Shown here: in pieces, positions 50,185-62,689 of the stretch
How positions within the stretch are numbered: the first letter of the stretch is position 1
How the letters are laid out: each line of letters opens with the position of its first letter
Assembly (NCBI RefSeq): GCF_006345805.1
Contig: NC_043004.1
Coordinates: forward strand, 25,668,001-25,732,000
Direction: 5' to 3'
Origin: Octopus sinensis
Taxonomy: Eukaryota
DNA length: 64,000 nucleotides
The notes under the pieces: model-generated
The model's input: only the letters and a program-made list of their open reading frames with translations
What the model was told of the DNA's origin: nothing
Database searches by the model: none
Made by a program: the position numbers and the translations under genes

Positions 50185-52630
50185 TCTGTATATATAAAAG
50201 ATAGGATGTGTTTGTGTGTGTATGTGAATATAATTTATGCACGTCCACAAATTAGCATGCATGCTGCTCCAATTTTCGACACGACCCTAGCTGTATTTTC
50301 ATCAAATTATTTTTCCCGAGGCACCCGCGGGTAGTGGTAAAAGTCGATTTTCAACCTTAACTTTTACCAATTTTGAAGTTTGCTAACATGAGTTAAGTCC
50401 CTTCTTGCTATAGAAAAGTGAAAATGTGTGTGTGAGGGAGAGAGAGAAGTTGTGTTGATGTGTGTGAGGGAGAGAGAAGTGTGTTGATGTATGTGTGTGT
50501 GTGAAGGAGAGAGTGAGTGACAGCGTTCACCAAAAATAAAAATGTAAAACACGAGATATAGTATTTAAATTTAGGATGTTTTTGAAAGACACTATTTTAT
50601 AATCAAATTATATATACTTTCTCACACAACAATTAAAATATATTTATTTATTTTAAATCATTCATCTTTCTCCCCTGCCCTCTCACACACACATTACTTT
50701 GGGTGCGAAAGAGTTTTGTTTTTATTTTACGCCGAGGAAAAAAGTGTTTTGTTGAGAATCCATTTATTTAACAACATAGAAACAAAGAGGTAGGTAACAA
50801 TTTGTCAGTGAAACAATATAAATGGGTAAAATTTCCAAGGCTCCACCACACCTCACCCTGTTTCTCAGACCACAAAAAGGGTTGGTTTTGTAGCTCATCC
50901 ACGTACATTGAAAAATAGATGGTGAAAAGATCAATGGGTATGGGGGTGAAATTTCCGAGGCTTCCACCACACATGTTTTTTGAACCACAAAAATGGTTTT
51001 GTAGCATATTAGGAGGCGAGGGTAGTTGATTCCATGCAAAAAATCCGGTTTTTTTTCTTAGTGAAAATTGTGCAAGTGTTAATCTGAAACCTTCTTTCCA
51101 TTCATTTCTGTTTATGAAATCCTCTGTATGTAATTTTGCTTTCTCGGTGGTCAAGGTAAATGATGACTGGCAAAGCAACAGTGCCCTAATGCTGACATTG
51201 GATACAATAACCTGATCTACAATAATGCGCTGATTGAAATCGAGGATGCCCTGCTCAAAATGGGTGGGGCAGCGTTGAACACATTTGGTTTGCGATAGGA
51301 TGTTAACACACTCCCACCAAAGTTACTTCTGGAGTTCTCGTATGACGCTGATGGCTTTGCAGAGTACCTGAGAGTAAATGAACCGAAATTGCTCCCTGAT
51401 CAGAGGCTGGTGTACAAAATTGTTATAAGTGCCGTTGAAAAACAGGCAGGCGGCATTTTTTACCTCGATGCTGCTGGAAGTAGCGGCAAATCCTTTGTAA
51501 CACAATACTTGCTAAGATTCATCGTGAGAAACAAATTGCACTAGCCATTGCTTCTTCGAGAATCGCTGTTACGTTATTGCCGGGAGGTAGGACGGCGCAC
51601 TCAGCATTCAAGCTGCCTTTACATTTGGTGAGGGCTGAGGTTCCTACTTGCAACATTAGCAAAAATTCAGAGGAAGCTGAAGTTCTTAGACAGTGCCGTC
51701 TCACTGTATGGGATGAATGCACAATGACCAATAAGGGTGCCCTTGAGGCACTGGACTGGTCACTGAAAGGCATCAGGGATTCTACAGCTTCTATAGGTGG
51801 TGTAACTCTATTGTTTCAGGAGATTTCCGGCAAATTCTTCCTGTCATCCCTAAAGGTAGCCAGGCTGATGAAGTGCGCGCATGCCTTAAGTCATGCATGT
51901 TGTGTCTCCAGGTTAAGACCTTAAGCCTAAGCACAAACATGCGTGTGCACTTGCTTGGTGATAGCATGTCTGCAGCCTTTGCTCAAGACATTTTAGCCCT
52001 TGGAGAAGGCAAGGTCCCTAGGAATGATAAAGATGATAAATCCATCTCTGAACTGTGCAACACAGTGGACAACCCTTCCGATCTTTTAGAAACAGTGTTC
52101 CCCAATCTGGAAAGTAATTATGCTGACATCAATTGGCTCAGTGAAAGAACCATCCAGGCCCCCAAAAACGTAGCTGTCAGTGCTATCAACAACCAACTCA
52201 TAAGCCGAATTCCAGGTGAGGAGCGCATCTACAAATCGATTGACCAGACCTCTGACCCCAAAGACATTGTCAATTACCCTATCGAGTTTCTCAACTCACT
52301 GGAGCCAGCAGGGCTTCCACCTCACATTCTTAGGCTAAGGGTTGGATGTCCAATTATGCTAATCAGAAACTTGCTTCCGCCTAAATAGTGCAATGGGACC
52401 CGCTAAGTAATCAAGTCTCTGACGCCCCACTTGATTGAGGCCACTATTGTTACAGGGTGCAGGAGGGGTGAAAATGTTTTCATTTCAAGGATGCAGCTTT
52501 ATCCCTCAGGGTCAGACATGCTGTTTAACTTCCGCAGATTGCGGTTCCCAGTGAGACCATGCTTTGCCATGTCCACTAACAAATCCCAAGGCCAAACACT
52601 ATCGGTGGCAGGCATCCATTTGGAGTTTTC
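50185..52630 (+). mobile_element. Decayed Helitron with PIF1-family helicase pseudogene (~51170-52630)
   Basis: 5' end A|TCTGTATATATAAAA. Helicase motifs LDAAGSSGKSF (Walker A), IASSRIAVTLLPGGRTAHSAFKLP, WDECTM, GDFRQILPV, PIEFLNSLEPAGLPPH and CFAMSTNKSQGQTL. Confidence 0.88.
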
Positions 52631-53052
52631 CTTTCAATCAGGATAAAAAATTGATAAACCAATTCCTTATAGGATTTCCCACTAAAATTGGCTACACCTC
52701 ATTTTCAACCATAGCTTTAACTTTTGCAAACCACCTTCAAACAGTTGATTCACCTACAGCGTCATCACCATAAACATCACAAATGGTTTTGCAAGTCTTT
52801 GTACCATTTCCTCCTTTTTAAAAAAGTAAAGCATAACAACGCGGATATGAAATATTTGGTTATCCTTTTCAAATGCCCATAAAGGGTAACCGGAATGAAA
52901 GATAAATCTATTTGTTAATCAGGAACAAAGAAGAGATGCACTACCATTTCAAGCAACACCAAAGTCTTAACTGTGTTATGTTTCAGGTGTGTTCGATGAA
53001 GCGTTGAAAGATTTAACTTAAAAACGCTCAGAACTTTCTGGACAACATAATA
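52630..53052 (-). mobile_element. Mariner deletion derivative truncating the Helitron
   Basis: Reads LLFKKGGNGTKTCKTICDVYGDDAVGESTV*RWFAK (mariner HTH); terminus TA|TTATGTTGTCCAGAAAGTTC. Confidence 0.7.
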
Positions 53053-53116
53053 TATATATATTACATAGATGTACTTGCATAGCAAGTGACCTGATCTGAG
53101 ATTGTGTGCAAAAGCA

Positions 53117-53383
53117 ATTGCAGTGTGGAAGGTGTTTATAAGCTATTTAAAAACACACATAAACCATTAGATTCACTTCATTTAAATTTAATTTGCCAAA
53201 ATATTTTTGTCACTTTGAGACCGTGACCTGATCACTGACAAAATTCTGTGCTGCATCACGGAATTTTGTCAGTGATCAGGTCACTGTCTCAAAGCAACGA
53301 AAATATTTTGGCAAATTAAATTTAAATGTTGAAGTGAATCTAATGGTTTTTGAAAGACTTATAAACACCTTCCACACTGCAAT
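53117..53383. repeat. Fold-back palindrome, ~130-bp arms, 6-nt loop at 53251-53256
   Basis: attgcagtgtggaaggtgtttataag...cactgacaaaattctgtg CTGCAT cacggaattttgtcagtg...cttataaacaccttccacactgcaat. Confidence 0.9.
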
Positions 53384-53632
53384 AATATATAGATATATAG
53401 TTGAAATTTACAGAAAAATAAAAGACGAAGACAAGTGTATAAACAACAAGCAGGTGTAATAGTTTGGTGCTCAGGAAGGTGAGAGTCTTTTATGTTTCGG
53501 GCCTATGCTCTTCAACAGAAAGGAAAACAAGGAAATAAACAGAGAGAGAATAAAAAAAAATAAAAGTGGATTTGGTGGTCAATCGTATATATATATGTGT
53601 GTGTGTGTGTGTGAGTGTGTGCAGATAACTAA

Positions 53633-55176
53633 TCTCTATATATATAAAACTGAGAATGTGTGTCTGTCTGTGTGTTTCCCTAAAACTTGAGAACTACACA
53701 ACCAATTTCATTCAAATTTTACACATGCCTTACTTAGGATCCATGTAGTTTCATGGGCAAAAAAATGTTCAACTTCTTGCCTAGGGCGAGCCCATAGCAA
53801 TATCATATCTTCTCCACTATTTCAGTATTACGTGTTAAAAGTGAAACAAAAACATTTCTCTATTTTATGTCAGATACTTTCACTTTAACAATAAAAATAA
53901 TAACAATTGAATTATATGTAGTAAGTAATAATTAAAATCAAACTAAAGTATAATATAATCGTAACATAACAAAAGTAAAAATAGCAATTGGTATAAAATT
54001 GCATCAATGACTTGAACTTGAATAAGTGGTTTCACATGAATGGGAATAAATTGAAAATAAAATTAGCGTGCAGAAATGGAATAGTCCAGATGGAGCTGTG
54101 CACATACTGTTTACCACGGCTTTTACATTAGATTATCTGCTAATTAGCTAGCATTAAGTATCTATATGAAGTTTGGCTGTATGTAATATCTGTTTTCTCA
54201 AACAACCGCTTCTACTGAGTACTGCTGTGGGTTATTTATTCTACATAAAGGACTATAGCTTCAACTGCGTACTGCTTTTTGATTCACCATAAGGTTTGTT
54301 GTTATTATTATTACTGTTTAACTATTGTCATCATGTTTGTTGGTTCCTCGTAAGGGAAACATTGTTGTGTTGTGTTTGTTAAATAATTGTAAACTGTAAC
54401 CCTCCCACTTTGGGAGAAGGAGCTTTGGTTATTGTTTAAAAATTGAATTGTGTCCCTGTTTGGGGAAATTTACACGGAAGCATTTTTGTTAGAATGCCTT
54501 CAATAGAAGAAAGTCCAAAAATGAATTTCGCTGCAGCCATTGGCGGGCGTGAAATCATTAAAATTAAAATGGAAGAAATACAAACCTATTTCGGATTGAT
54601 CACCGACAAAGACGGTGAATCTAGGATAACACCACCAAATGAAATAAAAAATTAAATCAAAGACTATTGTCTATAAAGTATACAATGTAGAGAAAAAAAA
54701 AGATTTGAACACCTAGAGGAAAAGTGTCTTGGTGCGACTATGAAAGATATCTAACCAGAGGCAGTAAATTCACCACAATAGAAGCAAGGTTCGAGTCAAC
54801 GGAGTGTGCAAGGGAGTACTCGACTCGAACCTTGCAAAGTGGAAATATTTTATTTTTACCTTTATATCTGGGACGTAGGACGTACCGGATAAAAATTTAA
54901 AATGTCCCCCCAGAAGTAGAGGTAGGCTGGATTGTAGCCATGCTTCTATACAAGCGGGAGGACAAGATACAATTGATCGAAATTGCAAGAGACGGGCCTA
55001 CAATTCCAGTCTGTTATATATTTTGAGTATTGTTATCATTAGCAATATCAAGATATAACTTTGTATTTTATGTGTAGATGTATATATATAGATGTACATG
55101 TAATATGTACACATATATATACACATATATACATGCACTAGCACTATGACCCGGCAACAACGGGTCATAATGCTAG
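53633..55176 (+). mobile_element. Complete-ended non-autonomous Helitron (~1.5 kb); a 5' fragment of the same family lies on - at ~30520-30635
   Basis: Start A|TCTCTATATATATAAAA, subterminal hairpin TATGACCCG-GCAACAA-CGGGTCATA (55145-55169), end CTAG|T. Confidence 0.85.
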
Positions 55177-57052
55177 TAATTAATACAAGTTTTACAAAAA
55201 CACTAGATAATAAAGGTGCTGTACTTGGCTCTTCAAACACAGTAACATATGTACAATAACTCTTGACCAGAATCTAACATTTGTAAAGGAGTTTCAGAAA
55301 TAGGCAGATCATTGTTGAATTGGAATTGATGTGTGTGTGAGACAGTATCCTTATTGACAGTCCTCATCAGAAAAAATTATCATCCCATAGCAAAGATGTG
55401 AAATAAAAAGTCCACTACTTGACAAAGAAGTAAGGGTTAGTGACAGATAAGCTACATTGGATTGTAAAATGTATTCATTGAACTCATAATACCATAGAAA
55501 AATGGGCTTTAAACTAATGAAACTAGCTGCAGGAGTGGCTGTGTGGTTAAGAAGCTTGCTTCTCGACCTTGCGGTTTCAGGTTCAGTTCTATCATGCAAC
55601 TCTTTAGTCAAGTACCTTTTACTATAGCCCTGGATAAACTAGAGCCTTGTGAGTGAATTTGGAAGATGGAAGCTGAAAAACTAGTCGTGTGTATATGTAT
55701 ATATAACTTTTATCTTTTACTTGTCTCAAGTCATTAGACTGCAGCCATTCTAGAGCACTACCTTGAAAAATTTTAGTCAAATGAATCAACCCTAGTACTT
55801 ACTATCTTTTATGCCTGCTACTTATTCAGTTAGTCTCCTTTGCTGTACTTCTTAGTTATAGGGACATACCAACACCAGTTAAGTAATGGTTGGGGACAAA
55901 CACAAACACAAAGACACACATACATATATGAATGGTTTCTTTCAGTTTCCATCTATGAAATTCACCTACCATGAGGTTTTGGTTGGCCTACAGCTATAGT
56001 AGAAGACACTTGCCCAAGGTGCCATGTAGTAGAACTGAACCTGGAACCATGTAGTTGGGAAGCAAACTTCTTACCACCCAGCTATGTGTTTGCTTGTCTC
56101 CTTGTCTAGATAGTGTGTGATACAAGTGATGTTGTTCATTTCCAGTCTTCCAAGAAAAACATGTGTAGCCATGGGAAACATTACCTAGCTTGGAAAGAGG
56201 TGAGAGTGGGTGACAGGAAAGGCCTTCAACTGCAAAAAATGAGCCTCAACAAATCCTACCTGACTCATGCAAGCATGGAAAAGTGGCTGTCAAAATGATG
56301 ATGATGATGTTATTAGTGGTGCTACGTGCCCTCAACACAGTCTTTGCTAGCTAACAATGTTATGTTACAGATATTTCTATCCTTGTTTGGAGTGAGTAGC
56401 TGGTTCTTATGATATCTGTTTATAGTTAGGTGGACTGTACCACAGGCAGGTGTTTATATTATTATTATTATTATTATTGCAATGATCATGAGAACCACTG
56501 ACTTATTTTCTGGTATGCTGGGGTCTTTTCTTACAAACTTGAGCAGCTGGGACCCACTCACTTCTCATTATCTCTGCTTGTGCACTAACACGAGATAGTT
56601 GCCTCCACAATATTCAATCTCTTAGGTTGTCAACCTGTTTCTCTTTCCATTATGTCTTCCAACTAGGTCTTGTTGATGCCGTAAACCATTCCTTAGTATG
56701 GCCAAGCAGTTCCAGTACTTTTTGATGACAGAGGTGATTAATGGTAATTTGGTTATTCATCTTAGGTCTTCAATCCTGACATGGTCTGAGAGTTTAGTGT
56801 TAGTATTAAGTCAGATTACATGATTCTGAAAGACTTCCAGTTTCTGTAGTGTAACAGGAGCCCGGTTGACACATTCTAGCCCATTTAAAACTACTGGAAG
56901 AACACAGGTGTTGTAGAGTCAATGAGAGAGACATAAACTTACTAAACCTCACAATAATTCAAAGGCCTTCATCAAAACTGATATTGGCACCTCCAGATCT
57001 ATCAATACCTTAAAAGGAGTGAAGCAAGGAGATATACTTTCAGCTGTACGCT

Positions 57053-57285
57053 TCATTGTTGAACGTCCGCTTTCCATGCTAGCATGGGTTGGACGGTTTG
57101 ACTGTGGGCTGGCGAACCAGATGGCTGCACCAAGCTCCAGTCTTGATCTGGCAGAGTTTCTACAGCTGGATGCCCTTCCTAACGCCAACCACTCCGAGAG
57201 TGTAGTGGGTGCTTTCATGTGCCACTGGCATGGGGGCCAGTCAGGCGGTACTGGTAACGACCTCGCTCAAATTTTTTACACATGA
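57053..57285 (-). mobile_element. RTE-family 3' end / SINE inserted into the older LINE
   Basis: gtccgctttccatgctagcatgggttggacgg...gccaaccactccgagagtgtagtgggtgct is near-identical to 15530-15700 and to the reverse complement of 40330-40495. Confidence 0.85.
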
Positions 57286-57509
57286 GTATTGTAATTACTG
57301 CAACTTTCTAAAACTGAAAATGAATGTCCATCTGGATTCCCAATAAGCAGCCACCTCCTCTTCAATCTCAGCTACCCAAATGATATTTCTGCAATAAATG
57401 AATCCTGTCAGGACTTACAGTCTTTTGTTGACTCTCTTGCTAAACATGCTGCAGAAGCCAGACTTCCTATCAATGTATCAAAAACAGAATCCATGACAAC
57501 AGAAAAATC

Positions 57510-57939
57510 TGTAGTGACGCTACTGTGGAAGTTTCATCGCGCATGCACAGAAGTTCCCTCATGCGCATGCGCAGGAACTGCAACCTGAAAGCGTCTCCGC
57601 TAAATCTTTTTTTGGAAGAGCAGCCCTAAGGAGAGGATGTGACTAAAACTTCTCTCAGGGAAAACCCTACGCATAGAGAAGCTCTCTTCGAAGCGGGAAC
57701 AGAGACAGTATCTTCTTGGCTCACCCGAGTGAACATTTGTGTACAGTCCTGTGGACTTGGCTGCCGGTTCGCCCTTAAGAAATATATATGTATATACTTT
57801 ACCTGTGAACCCGAAGAATAAAGTGTTATTTATTGTTATTGATGACAGCCGGATTTTTGGTTCCTTTCTTCAACTATTGTATGTGACAAGTTAAGACCAG
57901 ACACCCCTCAAGTGTTCCTGAAACTCTCATCTTGTTACA
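57510..57939 (+). mobile_element. Solo LTR (430 bp)
   Basis: Termini TGTAGTGA...TTGTTACA, flanks AATC/GATC (a 4-bp TSD with one mismatch), internal AATAAA. Removing it restores the host RT frame TTEKS-NLHINLSIYGKPVKQ. Confidence 0.75.
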
Positions 57940-59728
57940 GATCTAATCTGCATATCAACCTTTCAATATATGGCAAACCAGTAAAGCAAAGTTTCTGAGT
58001 TCATCTACCTTGGACACAAACTCTCTTCAAAAAACAACGAATTAGACTTAGTTGCACTTACTTCATAACAAACACCATACCACATAAAATCAAGCAGCTG
58101 TGATATAGAAATTTTAAAAAAGACTATAAAAATGTATATTTTAAGTGAAAAAGAAAAAACAGAACAATTTAAAATTTATTTTCATAAATTTTTATAATAC
58201 AAGAATGAGTAAGCATGCAACTTTCTTGCTGGAAAAATATGACAGATCGAAAGGAGATGCAACATTAAGTTGATAGTTTTGTAGTTTGACCATCAAAATG
58301 CTAAGTGTACTAGATATAGATATAAACACTAGGTCAACAGAAAAAAAAAGTTGGGTAGATGGGTGAGAATGAAAAATCTGAAAAATATATCTTAAAATCA
58401 TTTGGACTTAATTATGCAGTAATGATCAAATTACAATCATTGGGGAAAACAATTAAGTTTTATTTCATATTTGTTTAATTACAGAGGTTTATAGGAAAAT
58501 TTGAAACCGGCAGTAATAATCAGCTTGGAAACCTTAATTAGCAGCAAAGATATTATGACAGTTAATTATATTCAGTAATATATAAAGGTATTAAAAATTA
58601 TTCTTTTGTGAAATATCTGGATAGTATTAAAACATTTTAAAAATAGAAGATTGTATGTAAATTTCCCCTGACTTACAAAATGTCAGGGCTCACAGTACAC
58701 AACAATAACGACAGTTGTAAACAAAAATATCAAGTTGCTATCATATTTTTCAAATATATGAAAAAAGTATTTGGCAAAAATTTGTTGTATGTATCTATCG
58801 TTTAAATCATTTTAAACATCTCAATTTTTTTTTTCCTCTTCTGAGAAGTATTTGATAGACTTTGAAAAGGATAACAAAGGATTAGTGTCTACTGTACAAA
58901 CTGGAAGAGTTTTGATTAGAAATAACAATGTGTGTTCTAGAAAACAACACTGGTTAAATATATCGTTGTTATAACAGTTGAGCAAACAACTATATTCTCA
59001 AGGGGCCTAAAGCCCCTCCCCCCACACTTATTATGCACATCATTTCTTTAACCACAGGAACAGTGGTATCAAAACAAACAGAATGGGAGGATGTGAGATA
59101 AAAATAAAAGGGCTGACTTTTCAACATCAGACCATATGTTTTGGTGTGTTAATACATAATAATATTTCTGTGGGATCTTTGAAACATATGTTTAAAACCT
59201 TTATGACAGCAGTCTTGAAGAACCATTTAGTTTCTGATCATTTTAGAAGATTACAAAGTGATCTAAGAAATGCCAGCCATATTCACTTTACTACAGTTTG
59301 CTGTGAAATAAAGGATTAAGTTTTATAAAAGCTATACTCTGGCTAATTTCAATGAAATAAAATGAAAGCTGTAGATCATTGTTTTCCTTTAGTAGAAGTC
59401 AGTTCTAGTTGTCCTGTGTTCAAGACTTTAAAAGCTGGACAATTTAGATAAAAACTTCCTCACTAATAGTGGATAAGACTAGAAAAACCTACCTATTAAG
59501 CATTCCGTTTTAGAAATGCTTAAATTATTTTAGTTTAAAACCGTAAAATGTAGTTTAGTAAACTACAGTCTTAAAATAAATAAAAACAACAAGGCACTTT
59601 AAGGTGATGGCTGGAAAATAAAAATTGAAATATTGTATTATAGAAAATATTTTGGGTTTATCAATGTTGTCAAATATTAATAAAATATGCCAAAGACAAA
59701 TTCAAAATGTGTGTGTGTGTATATATAT

Positions 59729-59763
<35 letters not shown>

Positions 59764-62126
59764 TGCGCGCACGCACACACACACACACACACACAGACAG
59801 AGGCACATTTATTTGTGTGGTGTGTAGATATGTCTGTACCTATGTATGTGTGAGTAAGCATAAATATTTGCATGTAAAGGTGTGTATATTAAATATTATG
59901 GCTTTTAGATAAAAAAAACTGGAACATTCCAAGAAAGTTTTCACTGAAAATGTTTAGTTAGATTATTGTTTCCATTCTTAAATATAATTAAATCTGGTCA
60001 GACTACTGTTGTTTGTTTAGCAGTGTTATAAGAGGTCAACCAGATATCATGTCCATGACAAAACATTGTTATCACTTGAATGACCATAAAACTCATGAAT
60101 AATTAATTGAAATTAAAAATATGTAAATCAAACTTCAGGCCATAACACAGTTAGTAATAGGGATTTCTTTTCATTGTTTTCGTACAGTAAACCAAAATTC
60201 TCCTTGGCTTGACCATCCAATCTATGGTACTAACCTGTCAGTCATTGACATTGTGTTATCAACAATAATAATCAATATAAAAAAAAACAAAACTAAAAAG
60301 GGTCACCATACTATTGTTGAATAGTATATAACTATCTCAACCAACCAACCAAATTTCTGATTAGCAACCACACCACTTGGATTTATCCACCTCATTCCAT
60401 CTGGAAACTTCCAACCAACTGACTGACCAGCCGACCAAGAAACCACTGCATATACATGTGTATATGGGTGTAATTTTATATCCTATTTAGCTGGTATAAT
60501 CTTGGTGTTCTAGAAATTTGACATTATATAATCTTTTGACAGGATACGCAATAGAGTAGGGAAGAAGTATTGTTTTGGCTGTGTGTAAGTGTGTGAAATG
60601 GTCAATATCATAGACTTGTGATATGAGTGGATGTTAAAGAGAAGCACTAATTAGGATATAACGACCATTACTTTAGAGTGGACTACTTGTTAGTGAGTTT
60701 CTCTTCTAACCCTACTTTTGTAAGGTTAGAAGAGAAACAAGTGGAAATAAATTGAAGAAAAGAAGAAAAAAAAAAGAGAGAGAGAGGGAGAGATGAATGA
60801 GGAGAAAACAAATATGGTAAAAGAGCAAATGATAAGATGGGAGTGGTTAAAGAGAACAGAATATGCATTAGAAAAAAGGAGAAAAGGAATTATGAAAGAG
60901 AGAGAGAGAGAGAGAGAGAGACAAGGATATAAATGGAGGAAAAGGAAAATAGATAAAGAGGGATAAGTGAAGAAAAAAGTGGGAGAGAGATTCATTTATC
61001 AACGAGTGTGTGTGTGTGTGTAAGTGAAAGATGGTGGTGGTGAAGAAGGTGGTAGTGAGAAGACTTGCTGTAACTGGCTGATCATCAGCTTAGTCCAAGG
61101 ACAGTTTCTGCTCGTGGTGGGGTCAAACAGATAAAGGCATCTACAAGTTCAGCATCTGATGGTCATTTTTATTGCCAAACCTGAAGAATAAAATAACATG
61201 TGAAAGAATGGTCATTTGAAAGGAAACAACATTTCTTCAAAAAGCATGTTGAAACAATGATGGACACATTTAAGGAGGGATCATAAAAAGGCGGTAGGGA
61301 GCTATGAAATCAAATAGTTCTAGAAATAAGGGTTGAATGCAATTATCATTGTATCATCATCATCACCACAGCTTACCACTGTCATCTCCATCCCTAACCA
61401 TCAAGGGAACTTCTGTATGGTCACTCAGCCCAATAGAAATATCAAGCAAATTTACCACAAATCACATCCTATCAACAACTTAAAAGAAGGACACAGTAGA
61501 TTATGTAATGGTCATTACAGAATGGTCATGGATGGAATGCTGTTGATAATAGATTATTTTTCAAGCTGCTATAGTTTAGATTGGTCAGTAGTACAGCAAA
61601 TAACCATTCTTTTCATACCTGTTGTCTGTGGTGCCTTTAGCATTTGCAGGCTTACCCTTATCAATTCAATTTCATGTTTTTCCCTAATATAGTGACACTT
61701 CACTTTTAGGAGATGATGTATTTTCCACCTAGATAGGGTCCAAACCAATATGGTTAACTCTCTTGGATTTACAATGGCAGAATTGTTAGAATATCAGACA
61801 AAATACCATGTAGTATTTGATCCAGCTGTCTACATTCTAAGTTCAAATCCTGCAGAGGTCAACTTTGCCTTTCATTGTTCAGCCTTGTGCCTCTGTTAGA
61901 AACAATTACCATATAACACACACACTACTTATATTTAACTGACATATTTGGGATTAAATTTAGATGTTATTGTTCATGTAGTTTTGTAAGACTGAGATGG
62001 AGGTAATATAGCAGAAAGGTGCCTCTACTTCTAACAGCATAAAGTAAATAAAACAACATTAACATAATCGACTGGGAATTTCTTATTTCTATGTGCTTAC
62101 TGCATTATTTATAAAATGTCATTTAA

Positions 62127-62333
62127 CCCTTTTGTTACCACATTTTGGTTGAAATACATTGCCGTTTTGTCAAATGATTTTGAAAAATAAAAAATAAATT
62201 TAGGAAAATAACTGTCATTATTAAGATGGTATTTGGAACAGGAATTAGCATAAAATTTTGATGGAAAATTTTGATTTAGTTTACTTTAAAACAGGAAGTT
62301 TGCATCATTGAACCAAAGATGGTTTCAAAAGGG
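62127..62333. mobile_element. TTAA MITE (partial relative at ~6068-6189)
   Basis: TTAA|CCCTTTTG...CAAAAGGG|TTAA. Confidence 0.8.
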
Positions 62334-62689
62334 TTAAACATAACATTACCAGATAATCTTCCTGTTGAATTTAGAATGTTTCTTGCATTAATTCCTCTCA
62401 ACAGGATGTTACTTAGCTTATTGTTGCCAATACAAATAAACTTCAGCAATTGAGTTCTTTGTTTTTGCTTACCTTTAATTTATTGTTTTAAATATGTTTT
62501 AGCAAGGAAGTTTTATGGTTGCTGAAGCCAATACTTTTATAGTTATTATATTTAAGGAGATTTGGGAGAATATATTTTGTTTCAGTTAAGCAAAATAGGG
62601 ACAAGTTGGGTAAAGTATTTCATTTAAGTACAACATACTGGTTTTTAGTAAATCAACATTGAATTTTCGTTTAACCTTACATTCCTCTT

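Larger units (their letters stand above)
56455..58045. mobile_element. Old LINE RT insertion with an inverted 5' part, carrying two nested insertions
   Basis: Minus 56455-56935: LYNTCVLPVVLNGLEC..LQKLESF with an (AAT)n tail. Plus 56935-58045: LKGVKQGDILSAV, LSYPND, INVSKTESM and EFIYLGHKL. Confidence 0.65.

Noticed and set aside
51170-52630. Host PIF1 helicase gene
   Set aside because: Intronless, with frameshifts and stops, and behind a Helitron 5' end, so it is transposon-derived.
55345-59063. Possible second U12 intron on + (GTATCCTTA at 55345; TTCTTTAAC near 59045)
   Set aside because: No recognisable flanking exons, and such an 8-mer is expected about once by chance in 64 kb.
59083-59319. 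78-aa ORF MGGCEIKIKG...
   Set aside because: No recognisable homology or supporting exon chain.
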